Shown in pieces: positions 58,411 through 64,000 of a stretch of 64,000 nucleotides of DNA. The position numbers and the translations under genes were made by a program. Positions within the stretch are counted from its first letter, which is position 1. Each line of letters starts with the position of its first letter. The DNA is from Chthoniobacterales bacterium. Its GTDB lineage: Bacteria > Verrucomicrobiota > Verrucomicrobiia > Chthoniobacterales > Chthoniobacteraceae. The stretch covers positions 96,001 to 160,000 of the forward strand of contig JBBQZX010000004.1 in the NCBI GenBank assembly GCA_038207335.1. Direction: 5' to 3'. A model generated the notes under the pieces. It was not told the origin of the DNA and ran no database searches. It saw only the letters and a list, made by a program, of their open reading frames with translations.

Positions 58411-58588
58411 TCCGAACTCATTGGGGGGGAGTTTGGAGGGACATTGCGACTGGGGCAAGGAAGAAGGGGGTTGCCAGAGGGGTTGGCAAGGAGATAGGTG
58501 CGGCGTTGAGGTGGGTTGAAATGGGTGACCAACAGTGTAGAGGGTGATTTTTCACCTGTCAGGAGTCTGGGGGATGGCGCCGAAGGTC

Positions 58589-58717
58589 TTTGGCGGGTGC
58601 CGGACGGATGGTCGGGAGGTAAACGGGTGTCGATTTGGCTTCCGACCAGATGGTCACGAGGTGAACGGGTGGCGGTTTGGTGTCCGACCGGACGGTCGGT
58701 ATGTGAATGGGTGCCGG
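58589..58717 (+). repeat. Three imperfect 42-45 bp tandem repeats
   Basis: Units begin TTTGG at 58589, 58634 and 58676. Confidence 0.8.
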
Positions 58718-58932
58718 TTGTTAAGGATTTGTATGCCTTTAGGCATGGACTGGCTAACGTCGGCTGAATAGCGGGCTGCGCTATGCGACCTGCGCTATGT
58801 TTTTAACCCAAAGCCTCCCCGGCCTGAAGGAACGTGGGCTTTCCAACGGGTCGGATCTTTGCCGCTGAAATACTGGCGCCAGCCGTCTGCGGCAAAAGTG
58901 CCGACGGCAAAGGTGGCGGCGGCAGGTGTGGG

Positions 58933-60069
58933 TCAGGGTTTCTGAGGTTGGAAAAGCAGTGGGAGGAAGTCGGCGAGATACTGGCGCCAGACGGGCCATG
59001 AGTGGGCGCCTTCGGTGAGGTGCCAGTCGTAGGTGATGCCGCTTTCTTTGAGTTTGGCGACGAATTGCTCGTTGCGCTGGCGCAGGAAGTCGTCCTGCCC
59101 GACGCCGATCCAGAGGAGGCGCAGTTTGGCGTTGGTGCCGGCAGGGTCGGCAAGCACGGCTTTGGCGACGGCTTCGTCCGGGGGCACGCCGCTGAAGGAG
59201 CCGACCCATGAGAAGCGGTCGAGATTTCCCAGGCCGACGGTGAGGGATTGTCCGCCGCCCATGCTGAGGCCGACGATGCCACGGTGGACGGCATCTTTCT
59301 CCACGCGGTAGCGGCTCTCGATGAGCGGGAGGGCGTCCTCGAGGAGTTCGCGGCGGAAGGCGTCCATCGCGGAGCCGTATTTTGCAGCTTCCTCGCGGGA
59401 TATGGCGCCGAGGGGGTGGCCGTCGAGCATCACCACGATCATGGGGCGGGCTTTGCCGGCGGCGATGAGGCTGTCGAGGATCCAGTTGGCTTTGCCGTGG
59501 GCGACCCACGTCTGCTCGTTGTCGCCGGAGCCGTGCTGGAGGACGAGGAGCGGATATTTTGCGGCGGTGTCTGTCTCGTAACCGGGCGGGGTATAGACGC
59601 GCAGTTCGCGCGGGCGGTTCAGGACTTTTGAGAGGTAGCTGTGCTGATGCACGGCGCCGTGCGGCACGTCCTGAAAGTCCCACGGCTCGGGCGGCGAATC
59701 CGCGAAATGGAGGATGCTGACGCGTGGCTCGCGCATGGGCTTGAGCGCAGGGTTGCCAGGGTCGAGGATGTTCAGGCCATCGACGCTAAAGCTATATTCC
59801 CAGACGCCCGCGGGGATGGGGTCCGCGGCGACGGACCAGACGCCATCGTCACCGCGCGTGAGGGGCAGCGGTTGATTTGTCCACTGGCCGCGCAGCAGGA
59901 CTTCTTTGGCGTTGGGGGCTTTGATGCGAAAGGTGACGCTGTGGTCTGCTTTCACCTCCGGCGAGATGACTCGTGTGGGCCGGGGCGCCGGGGGTGGCGC
60001 TGGCTGCTGGGCAAAGATGGGAAGGCAGAGGGAGATGAAGAGGAGGGTGAGTGAGCAGTGCTTTTTCAT
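58933..60069 (-). CDS. Secreted esterase (CE1-like alpha/beta hydrolase with N-terminal E-set/CBM48-like domain)
   Basis: VTFRIKAPNA, VPHGAV, VYTPPGY, YPLLVLQHG, GLSMGG nucleophile motif, GAHSWPVWR. Confidence 0.9.
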   Translation of the reverse strand: MKKHCSLTLLFISLCLPIFAQQPAPPPAPRPTRVISPEVKADHSVTFRIKAPNAKEVLLRGQWTNQPLPLTRGDDGVWSVAADPIPAGVWEYSFSVDGLNILDPGNPALKPMREPRVSILHFADSPPEPWDFQDVPHGAVHQHSYLSKVLNRPRELRVYTPPGYETDTAAKYPLLVLQHGSGDNEQTWVAHGKANWILDSLIAAGKARPMIVVMLDGHPLGAISREEAAKYGSAMDAFRRELLEDALPLIESRYRVEKDAVHRGIVGLSMGGGQSLTVGLGNLDRFSWVGSFSGVPPDEAVAKAVLADPAGTNAKLRLLWIGVGQDDFLRQRNEQFVAKLKESGITYDWHLTEGAHSWPVWRQYLADFLPLLFQPQKP

Positions 60070-60155
60070 GGGTGGGTATGGGTGAGGGCGGGGGTTTTCG
60101 TATTGATAGCTTGGGAATGATGATCGCGGGGTTCCATCAGTTAGTAGCGTGGCGC

Positions 60156-61799
60156 TCACGGGATCATCCCCGGGAAGACGTAAGCTTGGACCATTACCCA
60201 GACGCCGACGAGGAGCGCGAGGGCGACGCTGTGCCAGAAGACGAAGCGCAGGATGGTGCCGGCGTCCGGGCTGTCGGGATGGCCGCCGGTGGCGACGCTG
60301 GCGACGACGAGGCTCTGCGCGTCGATCATTTTCCCCATGACGCCACCCGCGCTGTTTGCGGCGCAGGTGAGGATGGGCGGGACGCCGATTTGGTTCGCGG
60401 TGATCTGCTGGAGGTTGCCGAAGAGGACGTTCGATGACGTGTCGCTGCCGGTCAGTGCGACTCCGAGCCAGCCGAGCAGCGGCGAGAAGAATGGAAAGAG
60501 CGCGCCGGTGCCGGCGAGCGCGAGGCCCATCGTGGTGTCGGAGCCGCTGAAGCGCGTGGTGAAGCCGAGCGCGAGCATGGTGGCGATCGTGAGCAGCGAG
60601 ATGCGGACGCGCAGGAGCGTGCGGGCGTAGAGCCGGGCGAGCGCGAGAGGACTCGCGCCGAGCAGGAGCCCGGCGCAGATGCCGGCGAGGAGCAGCGCGG
60701 TGCCGGTGGCGGAGAGCCAGTTGAGGAGGAAGAACGCGTCCTCAGCGAGTGGGAGCGGGACGACGGGCGGCATCCGCACGACGGCGCGGTGCAGAAACGC
60801 CACGGCGAACTTCGGCGCGGAAAAGTCGTTCAGCGTGCTTTTCACCCAGGGCAAACTCCACACGAAGACGAACACGGTGAGGCAAATCCACGGCAGCCAT
60901 GCGCGGAAGATCGCGCCTCTCTCGATGCGCGGTGCGGACGCGTTCCCGTGGCCGGGAGCGTGCTCCGTTTCCCATGCCGCCGAGCCGCGCGGTTTCCAGA
61001 ATCGGAGCAGCGTCATGAGCGCGGCCATGGAGACGAGCGCACTGGCGAGATCGACGAGCCACGGGCCGTGGGTGTTGCTCACGGCAAATTGCGTGAGCGC
61101 GAAACTCGCGCCGGTGACGAGGCACGCGGGCCACACCTCGAGCATCCCGCGCCAGCCCGCCTGCACGGTGACGAGCCAGAACGGGACGATGAGCGAGAAG
61201 ATCGGAAGCTGGCGACCGACCATCGCGCTCAGCGACTGGAGATCAAGGCCTGTGGCCTGATTCAGGGCGATGAGCGGGATGCCGAGCGAGCCGAATGCGA
61301 CGGGCGCGGTGTTGCCGATGAGCGCGAGTCCGGCGGCCTGGAGCGGCTTGAAGCCGAGGCCGATGAGCAGCGCGCCGGTGATCGCGACGGGCGCGCCGAA
61401 GCCGGCGGAGCCCTCGATGAATGCGCCGAAGCTGAACGCAATGAGCAGCGCCTGGATGCGGCGATCTTTCGCGAGCGAACCGATGTGGCGCTTGAGCGCG
61501 TCGAACTGCCCGGTGGTGACGGAGAGTTCGTAGATGAAGATCGCATTCAGCACGATCCACCCGATCGGGAAGAGGCCGTACGCCGCGCCATTCAGGGCGG
61601 CGGCGGCGGCGAGTTGCGGCGGCATTTTGTAGAGGAAAATCGCAACCCCGAGCGCACACGCGAGTCCCGCTAGCGCGGCGCGATGGGCGCGCACATGCCA
61701 GCCTGCGAGGAGCGAAAGGAGGACGACGACGGGCAGCGCCGCGACGAGCGCGGAGATGCCGACGCCGCCGAGAGGGGTGTAGTTCTGGGGCCAGGTCAC
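60156..61799 (-). CDS. lctP: L-lactate permease (LctP family)
   Basis: [59 protein letters not shown]. Confidence 0.92.
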   Translation of the reverse strand: MTWPQNYTPLGGVGISALVAALPVVVLLSLLAGWHVRAHRAALAGLACALGVAIFLYKMPPQLAAAAALNGAAYGLFPIGWIVLNAIFIYELSVTTGQFDALKRHIGSLAKDRRIQALLIAFSFGAFIEGSAGFGAPVAITGALLIGLGFKPLQAAGLALIGNTAPVAFGSLGIPLIALNQATGLDLQSLSAMVGRQLPIFSLIVPFWLVTVQAGWRGMLEVWPACLVTGASFALTQFAVSNTHGPWLVDLASALVSMAALMTLLRFWKPRGSAAWETEHAPGHGNASAPRIERGAIFRAWLPWICLTVFVFVWSLPWVKSTLNDFSAPKFAVAFLHRAVVRMPPVVPLPLAEDAFFLLNWLSATGTALLLAGICAGLLLGASPLALARLYARTLLRVRISLLTIATMLALGFTTRFSGSDTTMGLALAGTGALFPFFSPLLGWLGVALTGSDTSSNVLFGNLQQITANQIGVPPILTCAANSAGGVMGKMIDAQSLVVASVATGGHPDSPDAGTILRFVFWHSVALALLVGVWVMVQAYVFPGMIP

Positions 61800-61854
61800 C
61801 GCAGACGAATGCCGCAGAACCGGCGGCGAACGAAGCGCGAATGCGAGCGCGGGC

Positions 61855-62730
61855 TCAGCCGAAGAGGTTTTTCAGCGCGGGCTCGAGCTCGGGAAATTGA
61901 AAGCCGAACCCGTGCTCGGTCGCGACCGCCGGCAACACGCGACGGCTGTCGAGCAACTCGCGGCGGAACTCTCCGAGCGGCCAGAGCGCGACCTCCGGCA
62001 CGCGCAAAAACGCCGGACGATTGACCGCGTGGGCCAGAGCAGCGGTGAATGCGCCATTGCGCGCGGGCCACGGCGCGGCGGCATTCAGCGGGCCGGACAC
62101 GTCCATGTTTTCGACCGCAAAAAGGATCAACCGCGCCTGATCTTCGAGGTGAATCCACGACATCCACTGCCGCCCATCGCCGATCGGGCCGCCGAGACCG
62201 GCGCGAAAAATCGGCGCCATTGGAGCAAGAAAACCGCCGCCTTTTCCGAGCACGAGTGAAGTGCGCAGCAGCACCACGCGCGTCCGCCGCGCGCGCAGCG
62301 CAGCCGCTTCCCATTCGTAACAGACGTCCGCGAGGAAGCCTTCTCCGCGCGGAGAATCCTCAGTCAGTTCGCGATCTTCTCCGTCACCGTAAACGCCGAT
62401 GGCCGATCCGTTCACCAGCACTTCCGGCGGCTGAGTCGCGGCTGCGATTGCCTCGACCACGCGCTGCGTCCCGAGCACACGGCTGTCGCGGATGCGGCGT
62501 TTTTTCGCAGCCGTCCACAGACCGGCGACCGGCTCTCCAGCAACGTGAACAAAGGCATCGCAGCCACTCACGTCCGGCGGAGCTTGAGTGGAAAAAGCGC
62601 GCATCGCACAGCCGGGAATCGCGTGCGAGGGGTCGCGCGTGAAGGCCGCGATCTCGTGCCCGCGGCGCAACGCGATGTCGATGACGCGCCGTCCGATGAA
62701 GCCGGTCGCACCTGTGATTCCGATCAGCAT
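61855..62730 (-). CDS. TIGR01777-type NAD-dependent epimerase/oxidoreductase
   Basis: [35 protein letters not shown]. Confidence 0.9.
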   Translation of the reverse strand: MLIGITGATGFIGRRVIDIALRRGHEIAAFTRDPSHAIPGCAMRAFSTQAPPDVSGCDAFVHVAGEPVAGLWTAAKKRRIRDSRVLGTQRVVEAIAAATQPPEVLVNGSAIGVYGDGEDRELTEDSPRGEGFLADVCYEWEAAALRARRTRVVLLRTSLVLGKGGGFLAPMAPIFRAGLGGPIGDGRQWMSWIHLEDQARLILFAVENMDVSGPLNAAAPWPARNGAFTAALAHAVNRPAFLRVPEVALWPLGEFRRELLDSRRVLPAVATEHGFGFQFPELEPALKNLFG

Positions 62731-62781
62731 ATTCGCACCCTCATCGCGCGCCACGGTCGGGACGCGCGCTTAAAAAGGCCA

Positions 62782-64000
62782 TCACTTCGTCGGTGCGAGG
62801 AGCTCCTGCACGGCTTTCGCCGCCTCCGCATCGCCGTCCGGGCTGTAGCCGGTTTTCACCCACGCGATGTTTCCATCGGGGCCGACGATGACGGTGTGCG
62901 GGATGCCATCGACGCCGTATTTCTGCGCGATCGACTGGCCCGCATCCATCGCCACCTCGAGCTTCCAGCCGCGAGTTTCGAGAAAGCGTTTCACCTGTTC
63001 CGGCGCCTCACTTTGGTTCACTCCGATGAGCTTCACGCGATCCGTCGGAAAGGCCGACATCACCTCGATGAGGCCCGGCAGCGACTTGATGCACGGCCCA
63101 CACCACGTCGCCCAAAAGTCGAGCACCACAACTTTTCCTTTCTCCGCAGACAGGTCGAAATCGCCGCCCCCGAGCATCGGCAGTTTGAATGGAGTCGCGA
63201 CTTTCCCGAGCATCGGCGAACTCTCGCCGCCGCTCTCCGGCACGACCGGCTCGGGCGCGAAAACGAGTCGCCAGCTTTCCAGCGAAAGCATCGCCGCCGT
63301 CGGCTCCGGCATCCCGGTCCGAATCGCGACGATCTCCGTCATCGGGATTTTGCAACGACCGTAAAGCGGATGATGACCCGCGACGAAATCCGGGGCGAAC
63401 TGATCGACCGCGAGTCCGAGCCGCGCGCCGCTCGCGAGTTGCAGCCAGTGCGTGGGGGAGCCGGTACTGCCACCAAAGTCACTCACGATCAGCTTCGCCA
63501 GCGCGACGTGATTCGCGGCGGTGTTCGTCATCGCGAGTTGGCCAATCTTTTCCTGCCACGTCGCGCTCGCTCCGGCGGGGAAGGCGATGCCGCGTTTCGC
63601 GAGAACTTCCTGCGCAGGGGCATCCGTCGGAAATGCGCGCTGCTCCAACCAATAGACTTTCTGCACCACGCCGCCCGTGGCGCGCGGCCCCGCCTCGAGC
63701 ACGATCGTACCACTCGGATCGATGCGGTAGTGCAGCTCAAAAATCGCGCAAATCTGGTCGAGTGCTTCGCCGATGGTTTGATTGCCGAAGTCCATTTGAA
63801 ACCGGCGGCTGTCCGTCTTGTCAGGCAGCTTGAATTTCAAATCGGCGGCCTCGCGCTGAAGGAACGCAATGAGCGATTGCAAGCCGCTGCCACTGTAGCG
63901 CGTCTGGCGCTCGATCGGCTTCTCGAGCCGCTTGGATACTGGGCTCGCGGGCTGCTGCACAGTTTCAGCCCCGGGCTTTTTAAGCCAAACCGCCGCCTTC
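62782..64000 (-). CDS. Large protein with C-terminal TlpA/redoxin domain, 5' part beyond the window
   Basis: KVVVLDFWATWCGPC and GIPHTV; the frame stays open to the window edge. Confidence 0.85.
   Translation of the reverse strand, partial: KAAVWLKKPGAETVQQPASPVSKRLEKPIERQTRYSGSGLQSLIAFLQREAADLKFKLPDKTDSRRFQMDFGNQTIGEALDQICAIFELHYRIDPSGTIVLEAGPRATGGVVQKVYWLEQRAFPTDAPAQEVLAKRGIAFPAGASATWQEKIGQLAMTNTAANHVALAKLIVSDFGGSTGSPTHWLQLASGARLGLAVDQFAPDFVAGHHPLYGRCKIPMTEIVAIRTGMPEPTAAMLSLESWRLVFAPEPVVPESGGESSPMLGKVATPFKLPMLGGGDFDLSAEKGKVVVLDFWATWCGPCIKSLPGLIEVMSAFPTDRVKLIGVNQSEAPEQVKRFLETRGWKLEVAMDAGQSIAQKYGVDGIPHTVIVGPDGNIAWVKTGYSPDGDAEAAKAVQELLAPTK

Noticed and set aside
55831..58717. Repeats considered as a CRISPR array
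   Set aside because: Repeats are long, divergent and separated by whole genes (attC pattern), or are tandem without spacers; no cas genes
58400..58932. Search for an integron integrase or attI site
   Set aside because: No tyrosine-recombinase motifs in any listed frame; attI cannot be recognised reliably by eye
58890..58934. Three imperfect 15-bp repeats (CGGCAAAAGTGCCGA-like)
   Set aside because: Short, GC-rich and degenerate; no function can be supported

Overview
High-GC bacterial chromosomal segment, gene-dense, about 53 CDS or pseudogenes. No rRNA, tRNA or CRISPR array was seen. Gene content (giant lamin-tail/CotH protein, DUF1800/DUF1501 pair, DUF1080, style of the attC repeats) suggests Verrucomicrobiota or another PVC-group organism (inference). 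Housekeeping genes: rpsU, glnS, parB, lipoate ligase, ferredoxin-type sulfite/nitrite reductase, larB, ureG, ureD, ClC channel, lactate permease, GH39. Two regions stand out. (1) 44.9-54.0 kb: two GT4 glycosyltransferases are followed by a pyruvate-dehydrogenase-like E1alpha/E1beta/E2 set with no E3, a stand-alone acyl carrier protein, a deacetylase-like protein and a GNAT/FemAB-like protein. I infer a dedicated acyl-ACP supply line for decorating a surface glycan. (2) 55.8-58.4 kb: four minus-strand genes separated by integron attC-type sites with no integrase in the window (CALIN-like); the outer sites are visibly decayed. Also present: a decayed flavin-dependent halogenase, a doubly frameshifted hicB-hicA pair, and ureG-ureD without urease genes. 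All product calls are from motif recognition by eye; no database search was run.
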